From Bacillota bacterium (GTDB taxonomy: Bacteria; Bacillota; Sulfobacillia; Sulfobacillales; Sulfobacillaceae), in the NCBI GenBank assembly GCA_021846365.1, contig JAJZXC010000001.1:1-39044 (forward strand): DNA of 39,044 nucleotides. Direction: 5' to 3'. This document shows positions 1-8,463 of this stretch, piece after piece (within the stretch, counting starts at the first letter, position 1; every line of letters starts with the position of its first letter). The translations under genes were made by a program, and so were the position numbers. The notes beneath the pieces were generated by a model. It was not told where the DNA came from. It ran no database searches and worked only from the letters and a program-made list of their open reading frames with translations.

Positions 1-652
1 TAGTGGGAACCCGCAGTACCACTCCGACTCGGCTAATGCGTTCGGGTGCAAGCGGGCCGGGTTGCCTACGAAGATGCTATCCAGATCTGAACGGCCGCCA
101 ACAGCAACGGCGGACCGCCGGTAGCGATCTGCAAATGCGCGGCCGGAGCCGGTGGCAGAACCGGGAGTCCGCGAATCAAGCACTGCCCCCGGGGGGGCGA
201 TTCAGAGCGCTTAGATCGACGGCGCATTGACATCACGCGTAAGGGGAAGTTCTATCCCATGTCATCGGCGTCTACCAGGGATCAGGTAGTTATCCCGATC
301 TATGTCGAACGTTTGGTTTCTTGAGCCTGGTATAGTGGGTACCGGGTCGCGCCCGGGCGGTAAACGTCGGGATATGGTGCCGCCCAGGCCCAGCGATTCC
401 GCCGCGGAGCTTAGCAGACTGTCAGTGAACCACTGGTGGCCTTTTAGGTTGACGAGCCCTCCGGAGACGGGTGAAGGCCGAACCTGCGCTTTGCCAACTT
501 GGGTTTACCGTCGCTCGCCATGCGGCAACGGATGGCAACCCTATCTCGCCCCAAGCTAGTGAAGGGCAACTATCATCGGAGAGCCGTAGGAGGGAAACCT
601 AACGTACGATTCGATGACGAAACGGGGCTCGGAAGAGCCCTCCTACTCTACC
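1..652 (+). mobile_element. Group II intron remnant, 3' portion. Domain V is at 581-612, the domain VI hairpin at 624-641, the putative branch A at 645 and the 3' end near 651. No intact intron-encoded protein ORF is present upstream.
   Basis: 581-612 reads GAGCCGUAGGAGGGAAACCUAACGUACGAUUC. This follows the canonical domain V layout (GAGCCGUAU - GNRA loop - AC bulge - GUACGGUUC), including the AGC triad and GAAA loop. It is followed by a GGGGCUC-GGAA-GAGCCCU hairpin with an unpaired A 6-7 nt before a CUAC end. The 5' boundary is undetermined and may lie outside the window. Confidence 0.5.
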
Positions 653-901
653 AGGCCGAGACGTCAGGCACTTCGATTCCCATTCAAGACAGGGTTTAGC
701 TGGCTCAATCAACCGGGGTTTCGCGAAGCCGCCAAAGAACAGCCGAGCGATTTCACCAGGCACCGCAAAGTCGGGTTTGTCGGCGTGACTACCCTCATCA
801 TCAATCTATTTACACGTCTAAGGCGGCGGTCAACTGCGCTGGCCAAACCGATACCTGGGTGACTCTCGGTAGTTAACCACGGCCTGCAGTGCGCTCCTCC
901 G

Positions 902-2113
902 TTATGCCGTCCGCCGGACCGGGCTCGAGGGCACCAACATCAGCAACAAGACCACGGCGGCGATGGCAACCAAGGCTCCGGCTAAAAACGGTATCCGCGG
1001 CCCCCAGATCTGCCAGAGGAGTCCAGCTCCCAAAGCGGCGGGCAGGCCGGCCACTCCGGTCACGGCGTTGAAGGTACCCAAGGCCGTTCCCCGCTGTTGG
1101 GGGCCAATTAACTCCGCCGCGTAAACCTTCTGATTGCCTTCGACCAGAGCCACCGTGACCCCGTACAGGGCTGAGAGCGGCCAAATCCACCCTGCCCAGC
1201 GAATCCATCCCAGTCCCCAGTAGGTTGCCGCCAACAGCACGAAACCAAGCACCAAAACCCGCCGACGCCCGACCCGGTCGGCCACCATGCCCGCAGGCAT
1301 GGAAACAAGGCTGCCAACGGCGTTCATCACAAAGTAGGCGACCGGGATGAGGGCCGGCGTAAGCCCCAGCGAGCGTTCGCGAAGAATGATAAATCCCTCC
1401 GAGAAATTAGCCAAGGCAAACACAGCCAGCGTAATGGTATAAAGTTGAAACGGGCGCGGCATGGCGAACAAACTGATTCGGGGCAAGCTCCGGTGGGTGC
1501 CGGGGCTAGCCTGTCGGGCATCTTTGAGCATCACCACTGCCACCGCCAGAGCGGCCAATCCCGGCAGCAAAGTGGCCGCAAACACCAGCCGGTACGCGTT
1601 GTGCGAGCAAAACAAAATGCCGGCGGCGGCGAGCGGACCCACTGCTGCTCCCAAAAGATCCATGGCGCGGCGAAAGCCAAAGGCTTTCCCTCGCTCCTGG
1701 GGGGTGGTGACATCAGCCAGCAAGGCGTCGCGCGGTGCCGAGCGCATCCCCTTGCCCACCCGGTCGCCTAAGCGCAGCGCGAGTACCGCTCCCCAGCCGG
1801 GGGCCAGGGCAAATGTCGGCTTAATCAGGTTGGACAACCCGTAGCCGGCAACCATCAATGGCTTGCGGTGCCCCATGCGGTCCGAAAACCAGCCGGAAAA
1901 CAAACGTAGAATTCCCGCCGTGGCTGCTCCTAACCCTTCAATGACGCCGAGGGTCCACACCGGCGCCTTCAGTGCAATCACCAAAAACAAGGGCAGCACC
2001 GGAACCGCCATTTGACTCGAAAAATCGGTAAAGAAGCTGACCCAGCCGGAGGCAATAACACTGGGATGAAGTCCCAACCGCTTGTGTTTCGAAGGTGCCG
2101 TTTGCGCGGACAT
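902..2113 (-). CDS. MFS transporter (404 aa from the internal ATG)
   Basis: Multi-TM protein with the MFS loop motif GWFSDRMGHRKP. The ATG at 2113 is preceded by GGGAGG 7 nt upstream. The longer ORF to 2383 has a non-hydrophobic, Arg/Cys-rich extension overlapping the divergent gene. Confidence 0.85.
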   Translation of the reverse strand: MSAQTAPSKHKRLGLHPSVIASGWVSFFTDFSSQMAVPVLPLFLVIALKAPVWTLGVIEGLGAATAGILRLFSGWFSDRMGHRKPLMVAGYGLSNLIKPTFALAPGWGAVLALRLGDRVGKGMRSAPRDALLADVTTPQERGKAFGFRRAMDLLGAAVGPLAAAGILFCSHNAYRLVFAATLLPGLAALAVAVVMLKDARQASPGTHRSLPRISLFAMPRPFQLYTITLAVFALANFSEGFIILRERSLGLTPALIPVAYFVMNAVGSLVSMPAGMVADRVGRRRVLVLGFVLLAATYWGLGWIRWAGWIWPLSALYGVTVALVEGNQKVYAAELIGPQQRGTALGTFNAVTGVAGLPAALGAGLLWQIWGPRIPFLAGALVAIAAVVLLLMLVPSSPVRRTA

Positions 2114-2285
2114 TGCAAAGCCTCCCTGCTCCTTGCCGAGAATCAGTTGGCCAACGAAGCCCATCATATCACACCGGCAGGCGACGACCGGGAAACCTTC
2201 TCGACCGGGATTGCTCCCTAGCGGCACATATCTCACAGACGAGACGAACAGAATAACGGCAGCGGCAAAGCAGGAGGCGCATCTC

Positions 2286-2897
2286 ATGCTGGCGGCCATT
2301 ATATGGCAAGACGGGCCCGGACTTCGGGCCGAGACCGGCGCCAGCCGTTTGCGGGTCGTAGCCCCTGCTTCGAAGGACGGCAAATGGCTCGAGATCGATT
2401 TAAGCCGACAGATGCTGACCGCCTATCGAGGAGTCCGCGCCGTTCGTTCGATGCCTATCTCGTCCGGCGTGCCCGGCTGGCAGACGCCCACGGGCACCTT
2501 TTGGATTTATCGCAAGGTGGCCGACGATCGCATGCGCGGCTACGACCCCCGGCGGCAAGCACACTGGGACGTTGCCCACGTGCCTTGGGCCCAATATTTG
2601 CGTGGAGGCATAGCCATCCACGGTGCCTGGTGGAACCGGAACTTCGGCACTCCGCGCAGCCACGGCTGCATTCAGGTCGCCACCCAAACCTTTAATCCCC
2701 ATCCCCAAGGCGTCCCCGAAGACGCGGGCTGGCTCTACCGCTTCACCACCGTGGGCACCCCGGTTAGGATTGTGGGAACCACTCCGAAGGCAAGGGCGCT
2801 TCAACCCCTGGCCTATCCGCGGCCAAGTCATGTGTCGCCGAGCGACGCCAGGTCCGACGCATCATCCATCCGGTCAAGACCAAAATCGGAGGGGTGA
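2286..2897 (+). CDS. L,D-transpeptidase, YkuD domain
   Basis: YkuD core motifs are present: GTFWIYRK ... GIAIHG ... RSHGCIQV (catalytic His/Cys). The ATG at 2286 is preceded by AGGAGG at 2271-2276. No signal peptide is visible. Confidence 0.8.
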   Translation: MLAAIIWQDGPGLRAETGASRLRVVAPASKDGKWLEIDLSRQMLTAYRGVRAVRSMPISSGVPGWQTPTGTFWIYRKVADDRMRGYDPRRQAHWDVAHVPWAQYLRGGIAIHGAWWNRNFGTPRSHGCIQVATQTFNPHPQGVPEDAGWLYRFTTVGTPVRIVGTTPKARALQPLAYPRPSHVSPSDARSDASSIRSRPKSEG

Positions 2898-3594
2898 AAA
2901 TTTGCATCAAGGTAAGAAACCCGATGCCCCAATAGGGATTGATGTAATGCACGAGGTAGAGCGGATTGTCCCGCGTGCTCTCCCCGATCACGCCGCGCAA
3001 TAACGCGTAGTAAAACATGGCGGACCAAAACTGGTATCCGGGCGGCGGCGTCCGATAGCGCTCAATCCAAACGTAGCGGACGATCAAGATCACGCCGATG
3101 GCCGAACCCCAGAGTTGCTCCGGCCAGCGGCCGAAGCCGAGTTCGGTCATCCTTCCCAGCACCTCATGGTTGAAGATATTGCCAATCCGCACGATGAAGA
3201 TGCCAAGCCCGATGCCGGGCACCATCCAATCCACTAGGTGGTTGAAGATTAATGGGGACTTGCGCAGTTGGTACCAGAGTGCCAGAATCCCACCGCCCAC
3301 CGCCCCGTCGTAGGCCAGCCCGCCATCCCAAATCTTCAGCGTCTGCACGGGGTCGGTCCATATCCAGGCGGGGTCATTGGCCAACACAAATACCAGGCGC
3401 GCGCCCACCACCCCGGCCACCACAGTCCAAAAGGTGGCATCGGCCAAGCGTTCGGTGTTGAGGCCGAGTTCGCGTCCCCGCTCGACCAAATACCAACTCC
3501 CGCCCACAATTGCTATCACCATAAAGACGCCGTACCAATGCACACCAATCGGCCCCAGCCGAAATGCGTAGGGGCTTAATCTGGGGATAAGCAT
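2764..3594 (-). CDS. lgt: Prolipoprotein diacylglyceryl transferase
   Basis: 276 aa polytopic protein starting MLIPRLSPYAFRLGPIGVHWYGVFMVIAIVGG, with typical Lgt length and N-terminal signature. Confidence 0.9.
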   Translation of the reverse strand: MLIPRLSPYAFRLGPIGVHWYGVFMVIAIVGGSWYLVERGRELGLNTERLADATFWTVVAGVVGARLVFVLANDPAWIWTDPVQTLKIWDGGLAYDGAVGGGILALWYQLRKSPLIFNHLVDWMVPGIGLGIFIVRIGNIFNHEVLGRMTELGFGRWPEQLWGSAIGVILIVRYVWIERYRTPPPGYQFWSAMFYYALLRGVIGESTRDNPLYLVHYINPYWGIGFLTLMQIFTPPILVLTGWMMRRTWRRSATHDLAADRPGVEAPLPSEWFPQS

Positions 3595-3623
3595 CCCGTT
3601 TTCACCTCCAATACATCTGATGG

Positions 3624-4892
3624 CTAGATACGAGCAAAGACGGTATCCGCGGCTTCGAGTGTGTGCTCGATCGCCTCCTTTTCATGGGCAGCAGACACGA
3701 ACACGGTCTCAAACGCCGAGGGAGGCAAGAAAATGCCCTGGTCCAGCATACCGTGGAAATACTTCCGATAGCGCCCGCGATCGGTCGCCTCCACCTCGGC
3801 AAATGTCTTCGGCGCGCGGTCGGCGAAGAAGAGTGTCATCATTCCGCCCACTGAGTTCGCCGCCACGGCGACCCCGCGTCGGCGACCCCGTTCCTCCAAC
3901 CCCCGAGCCAAGGCGGCTGTCTTCTCGGCCAGCGGAGGATAGAAAGCGGGACCCCCAATTGCCCTCAGTTGGGCCAGTCCGCCAGCCATGGCCAGGGGAT
4001 TTCCGCTCAGCGTGCCGGCCTGATAGACCGGTCCCAACGGGGCGACTAGCTGCATGTACTCCCGTTTGCCCCCGTAGGCGCCGACCGGCAGCCCAGCCCC
4101 GATCACCTTGGCCAAGGTGACCAAGTCGGGCCGGACGCCGTAATAGCCGGCGGCTCCTGCCCAGCCCACCCGAAATCCCGTCATCACCTCATCAAAAATT
4201 AGCAGACTGCCGGCCGCTTGGGTGAATCGGCGAAGATCCTCCAAAAAACCCGGCTCGGGCAACACGGTGCCCATGTTGCCGGCCACCGGCTCCACAATCA
4301 CGGCCGCCACCTCGCTTCCGAGGTTACCAAACACCGCAGCCAGCCCCTCCCGGTCATTATAGGGGAGGCTCATGGTCAAGGCCGTCATTTCTTCCGGCAC
4401 CCCGGCGGAATCGGGCACGCCGATGGTGGCCGCCCCAGAGCCCGCCCGCACCAGCAGCGAATCGTGATGGCCGTGATATGAGCCGATGAATTTTATAACC
4501 CGCTTTCTGCCCGTGGCGGCGCGAGCAACTCTGAGCGCCGACATGGTAGCCTCGGTTCCCGAATTCACCAAGCGCACCATTTCGAGTCCGGGGTAGGCGC
4601 TCACCAGCAGCTCCGCCATTTCGGTCTCCAGCCCGGTCGGCGCTCCATAGCTGGTTCCGAGCGCCGCCTGATGGGTAACCGCCCCTATCACCTCGGGATG
4701 GGCATGGCCCAAAATCAAGGGGCCATAACTCATCACGTAGTCCAGATAGGCGCGCCCATCATCAGCGTACAAATAGGCCCCTTGCCCGCGTACAGCAGCA
4801 AACGGAGTGCCGCCGACGCCATGAAACGAGCGCACGGGACTGGACACCCCGCCGGGCATCACCGCCTGCGCGCGTTCCCACCATCCCTTCAT
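3624..4892 (-). CDS. hemL: Glutamate-1-semialdehyde 2,1-aminomutase
   Basis: 422 aa class-III aminotransferase with the GGVSSPVRSF N-terminal motif and PLP-lysine region typical of HemL. Confidence 0.93.
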   Translation of the reverse strand: MKGWWERAQAVMPGGVSSPVRSFHGVGGTPFAAVRGQGAYLYADDGRAYLDYVMSYGPLILGHAHPEVIGAVTHQAALGTSYGAPTGLETEMAELLVSAYPGLEMVRLVNSGTEATMSALRVARAATGRKRVIKFIGSYHGHHDSLLVRAGSGAATIGVPDSAGVPEEMTALTMSLPYNDREGLAAVFGNLGSEVAAVIVEPVAGNMGTVLPEPGFLEDLRRFTQAAGSLLIFDEVMTGFRVGWAGAAGYYGVRPDLVTLAKVIGAGLPVGAYGGKREYMQLVAPLGPVYQAGTLSGNPLAMAGGLAQLRAIGGPAFYPPLAEKTAALARGLEERGRRRGVAVAANSVGGMMTLFFADRAPKTFAEVEATDRGRYRKYFHGMLDQGIFLPPSAFETVFVSAAHEKEAIEHTLEAADTVFARI

Positions 4893-4914
4893 AGCTTCCC
4901 CCGTTCCTGCCTGA

Positions 4915-5979
4915 TCAGACGTTAAAACGAAAATTCACCACGTCACCGTCTCGCATCACGTAATCGCGACCTTCCAGGCGCACCCAACCCTTCTCTCGCG
5001 CCTTGCCCAGCGCCCCTGCGCGGTCGAGGTCGGAAAATCTGACCACCTCCGCGCGAATAAAGCCGCGCTCAAGGTCGGAATGAATTTTCCCGGCCGCCGC
5101 CTTAGCCACCGTACCCCGGGGGATGGTCCACGCCCGCACCTCGTCTTCGCCGGCGGTCAAGAACGAAATCAGCCCCAGTTTGGTGTATACCGCCTGAGCC
5201 ACCCTGGCTGGCCCGCGCTCGGTGATGCCGAGATCCTGCAAAAAGACTGCCCGGTCATCCGCCGACAGGGCTTCGATCTCTTGCTCCATCTCCGCGGCCA
5301 TCAACACAAGTGGAATGTCCTTGTCTTGAGCCGCCGCCGTGATGGCCGCGGCGTCAGCATAGTCTCGGGCCTGAAGATGGGTGTCGTCAAGGTTCAGCAC
5401 CCAAATCATCGGCTTCAGGGTAAGGAACTGATACCCCCGGATGAGCCGGGCTTCCTGGTCGTCGAGGTCTACTTGGGTCAGCCGCTTGCCATCATTCATC
5501 GCCTCCAAAAGCCGCGCGACCAGAGCCAGTTCCGTCTGCTGTTCTTTGGCAATCTTCTTACCCGCTCGAATGCGTTGCTGCCGCTTTTCCAACAGGTCCA
5601 TGTCAGCCAAAGCGAGGTCCAGCTCCATTTCCTCAATGTCCGCCCATGGGTGGCCCACCCCGTCAATGGTCGACGTATAACCGCGCACGACATGAACCAG
5701 GGCATCCACCAAGCGGACGTCGTTGAGAAAACGGTTTGGCCCGCCCGTCTCGCGTCGGTCGAGCCCGGGAACGTCCACTACTCTGAGCTCGGCTGGGGTA
5801 ACCTTTTTCGGCTGGTACATCGCGGCCAAACGCGTCAACCGGGGGTCGGCAATGGGCATCAACGCATTGCGCGATAACTTTTCGGATCCATAGGGATTGG
5901 TGGCCACCTTGGCCCCCGTCAATAGATTAAACACGGTGGTCTTGCCGGAGCGCGGCAAGCCGATTAGTCCAACATCCAT
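4915..5979 (-). CDS. ychF: Ribosome-binding ATPase YchF
   Basis: P-loop GLPRSGKTTVFNLLTG and C-terminal TGS-like tail EGRDYVMRDGDVVNFRFNV. 354 aa. Confidence 0.92.
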   Translation of the reverse strand: MDVGLIGLPRSGKTTVFNLLTGAKVATNPYGSEKLSRNALMPIADPRLTRLAAMYQPKKVTPAELRVVDVPGLDRRETGGPNRFLNDVRLVDALVHVVRGYTSTIDGVGHPWADIEEMELDLALADMDLLEKRQQRIRAGKKIAKEQQTELALVARLLEAMNDGKRLTQVDLDDQEARLIRGYQFLTLKPMIWVLNLDDTHLQARDYADAAAITAAAQDKDIPLVLMAAEMEQEIEALSADDRAVFLQDLGITERGPARVAQAVYTKLGLISFLTAGEDEVRAWTIPRGTVAKAAAGKIHSDLERGFIRAEVVRFSDLDRAGALGKAREKGWVRLEGRDYVMRDGDVVNFRFNV

Positions 5980-6133
5980 ACGCTCATCCCCCGTTTAGGC
6001 CATAAACTCCGTCCCGCAGCCCAATCATCCCGCCATGGGTTGCGGTCGATAATGACGTTAGCCTCATGATACCATTGTCTCCCGCCATACCGGCAAGCGC
6101 CCGCCGGACGCGAGCGCTTGCCTGGAATTGGGC

Positions 6134-6316
6134 CTAATTCTGGTCGTCGTCATCTGCCATCGGTTCCCCCACCGGTGGTTCCTCTTCGCTCAGTTGCCGG
6201 TTTCGCACCGGGGTGCGGGCGAAGATTCGGTCGGAACGGCTCAGGTTGATGCCGAGCTCTTGGGCCACCTCTTCTTCAAATCTATGGCGAGTCAATTTCT
6301 TGAATGGTTTAGCCAT
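6134..6316 (-). CDS. Small acid-soluble spore protein-like protein (alpha/beta-type signature 1 only)
   Basis: 60 aa from the ATG at 6316, preceded by GGAGGAGGG. EEEVAQELGI matches the SASP signature K-x-E-[LIV]-A-x-[DE]-[LIVMF]-G-[LIVMF] except for the first residue. The second SASP signature is absent and the C-terminus is acidic. Confidence 0.5.
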   Translation of the reverse strand: MAKPFKKLTRHRFEEEVAQELGINLSRSDRIFARTPVRNRQLSEEEPPVGEPMADDDDQN

Positions 6317-6413
6317 CCTCTCACCCTCCTCCTTCCTCGAATCGCCCATTAGCATGCCCGAATCGCCGGCGGATTCCCGCTATACATCTTGACAGGAAAG
6401 GGAGTTTCGAGAG

Positions 6414-6824
6414 GTGACCCCTCATCCGAATTATGGGTTCATCACTGACCAGAACATTGATGACCTGCGGTGGGTGTATAGCCGAAAGTTTCCGCACAAA
6501 ATCCCGTCCTTGGAACGCTTTTTGGCCTTGTCTTGACGGTTGTCGAGGTGGTTCACACCCCGGTGGAACGCATCGCAGACGAAGTCCGAGTCCGCGATGA
6601 CTCGGATCGGCCCATTGTTCGCGCCGCGGTTGCCGAGCACCCGGGCATACTCATTACCGGAGACAACGATTTTTCTGGAATCGGGCATTACGGCGCCTCC
6701 CATTATGACGGCACGGGATTTTATCGAAATGAAATATACTGCTCGCTGGTCAAATTTTCTTAACATACATATGTGTGGCGTAATCAACATGGAGATCTGC
6801 GCCGGTTTTCGGGTGTTTGAGTAG
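6414..6824 (+). pseudogene. PIN_3-family (VapC-like) toxin relic, N-terminally truncated and split over two reading frames
   Basis: Frame 0 (6414-6533) gives ...DDLRWVYSRKFPHKIPSLERF. Frame 2 (6524-6670) gives VVEVVHTPVERIADEVRVRDDSDRPIVRAAVAEHPGILITGDNDF. Frame 0 again (6675-6824) gives LESGITAPPIMTARDFIEMKY. Joined, this follows the PIN_3 pattern VL.R.KF...RD..D...A.A..AD.LVTGD.D....GI.I.TP.EF. The shifts fall in T5 runs at 6519-6523 and 6670-6674. The N-terminal DTNV segment is missing. Confidence 0.5.
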
Positions 6825-6965
6825 TTTGAGTCGTGCCCAGCATCTAAGTTAACAGTTTTTCACCTTGAGCAGTATAGTCAGTTCCTGATTTACACGAATG
6901 GGTCTCTCATTTAGGACTGGGCGGGGTGCCAAAATGGGACCAAGGGTGCCGCCGGGATCGGATCG

Positions 6966-7673
6966 TCACGAGATCCGCCCTTGTCCCATGGCCTCGATGG
7001 CGTCACCGGAACCGCCCGGCAGCGGCGGTTCCGGTTCCCAGCCGGGATGTTCGGCAACCGCCGCCTCCCGGGCCGCCTGGTCGGTGAAGCACCGTTGCCA
7101 GCGGTCGCAGGATAGGCAGTTGAGGCTGACCTCGCGGGCGGGCAGGCGGTGCTCCCGGGCCGCCTCCTCGCTCAGTCGGATTCGCGCCAGGAGCCAGTTT
7201 TCCCACTCTTGATGGCGGCTGACGACAAACTCGAGGTGCTCGTCACTGGCCCGACTTTCCACCACCAGCACTCCTTGTTCATAGTGGGTCAATGCCAAGT
7301 ACAGGGCTAATTGGGCAACGTGGGCAACCAACGGTCCGTGCTGCCGAATCCAGGCAAATCGTTCGCCATCAACGGTCTTGAATTCGATGACTTGGGGCCG
7401 ACCGTTGAACCAGCGCACAGCGTCCATACGTCCCGACACGCCCAGCGCGTCATCTTTAATCACCTGCTCAACGGCTATCAGATCGCCACCTTGCACAAGC
7501 TCGGCCTGAAACCGCCGGTGTCGCCGCCCCCCTTCCTGCATGGCCGCGCGGCTAGCCTGGTCGATTTGGCGGCCGAAACGCAACCGATCCATCGTCGCGT
7601 AGCGCAGGCAGGCACCCGCCAAGGAGGGCGAAAATGTCCGCGGAGCACGTTTGGTCCCGCCTTTGCCCCTCAT
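6966..7673 (-). CDS. Cas4-like PD-(D/E)xK nuclease with 4-Cys Fe-S cluster motif (stand-alone)
   Basis: Motifs are present in the expected order. N-terminal Cys (SLAGACLRY), GGRRH, Asp (GRMDAVRW), E-x-K (VIEFKT), QxxxY (AQLALY) and C-terminal C-x2-C-x5-C (CLSCDRWQRC). The ATG at 7673 overlaps the stop of the upstream gene. Confidence 0.8.
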   Translation of the reverse strand: MRGKGGTKRAPRTFSPSLAGACLRYATMDRLRFGRQIDQASRAAMQEGGRRHRRFQAELVQGGDLIAVEQVIKDDALGVSGRMDAVRWFNGRPQVIEFKTVDGERFAWIRQHGPLVAHVAQLALYLALTHYEQGVLVVESRASDEHLEFVVSRHQEWENWLLARIRLSEEAAREHRLPAREVSLNCLSCDRWQRCFTDQAAREAAVAEHPGWEPEPPLPGGSGDAIEAMGQGRIS

Positions 7674-8377
7674 TATTCGGGCCAGCTTTGACCCGGAGCC
7701 AGCTCGACCATCCGGGCGTCGGTTTCTGCTAGCAGGTCGCGCAGCGCGGCCGGGGTTCCGGTCAGCGCCGGGAAGGTCCCATAGTGCATGGGAATCACCG
7801 TCTCCGGGGCCAACAGCCGAACCGCGTAGGCGGCCTCCTTGGGTCCCATGGTGAAATGTCCACCAATCGGCAACAGGGCCAGGTCGGGCGCATAGAGGTC
7901 ATGAATCAGGCGCATGTCCCCGAAGACGTTGGTATCGCCGGCATGATACAAGCTATAGCCGTTTTCCAGCGTCAGCACAAAACCGGCGGCGTCGCCGCCG
8001 TAGCGCACGCCCTGCTCGGTGCTAATTCCCGACGAGTGCTCGGCGTGTACCATGCTCACGTCCAGGCGGTCTTGCTGCCAGGTTCCACCCTGGTTCATGC
8101 CCACCGTATGTTGGACTCCCTCTGCTTCCAAGTAGGTGGCGATTTCAAAATTGGCCACCACCGTGGCTCCGGTGCGACGGGCCAAGTCGGCGGCGCTGGC
8201 GATATGATCGAAATGCCCGTGGGTGATTAAAATCAGGTCGCATTGGGGCAGGTCATAGTATTGCCGGGGGCAGCGCGGGTTTCCCTCCAGCCATGGATCG
8301 ATGACGATTTTTCGCTGCCCGGGAGTGTGAATTAAAAACGTGGCGTGGCCTAACCAGGTGAGTTTCCAGTCAACCAT
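7673..8377 (-). CDS. UPF0173-family metal-dependent hydrolase (MBL fold, YtkL-like)
   Basis: N-terminus KLTWLGHATFLIHTPGQRKIVIDPW and the HxHxDH-type motif ILITHGHFDHI. 234 aa. Confidence 0.85.
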   Translation of the reverse strand: MVDWKLTWLGHATFLIHTPGQRKIVIDPWLEGNPRCPRQYYDLPQCDLILITHGHFDHIASAADLARRTGATVVANFEIATYLEAEGVQHTVGMNQGGTWQQDRLDVSMVHAEHSSGISTEQGVRYGGDAAGFVLTLENGYSLYHAGDTNVFGDMRLIHDLYAPDLALLPIGGHFTMGPKEAAYAVRLLAPETVIPMHYGTFPALTGTPAALRDLLAETDARMVELAPGQSWPE

Positions 8378-8463
8378 CAGAATCCCTCCTTCATCTGATT
8401 GTGCTTCTATGTTATTCTAACGGACTTTTCCCCCTTGGCTCCGTCAGCCAGGAGACCGGCCGC

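Noticed and set aside
186-260. The sequence GGGGGGCGAUUCAGAGCGCUUAGAUCGACGG resembles a tmRNA 5' end (GGGG..GAUUCGAC).
   Set aside because: There is no tag-peptide reading frame ending in ..LAA-stop. No T-arm or CCA-proximal GGUUCGA.UCC element occurs downstream, and the acceptor pairing is absent.
330-500. Cobalamin-riboswitch-like strings (ACUGUCAGUGAACCACUGG, GAACCUGC).
   Set aside because: The GGGAA and GGUGAAAUCC blocks are missing, no plus-strand gene follows for it to regulate, and the region is better explained as the body of the group II intron.
2114-2383. N-terminal extensions of track ORFs: MFS to 2383, TauE to 25512, GH36 to 37286, CDF to 38452, argG to 11803, MBL to 32798.
   Set aside because: The extensions are low-complexity Arg/Gly/Pro-rich, overlap neighbouring genes or promoters, and internal ATG/GTG codons with good SD sequences coincide with where family homology begins.
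6431-6790. 119-aa minus-strand ORF (or 85 aa from ATG 6685 with a GGGAGG RBS).
   Set aside because: Its best-looking segment (KIVVSGNEY...) is simply the antisense of the conserved PIN motif ITGDNDF, and the plus strand explains the conservation better. It is kept only as an alternative under the PIN relic finding.
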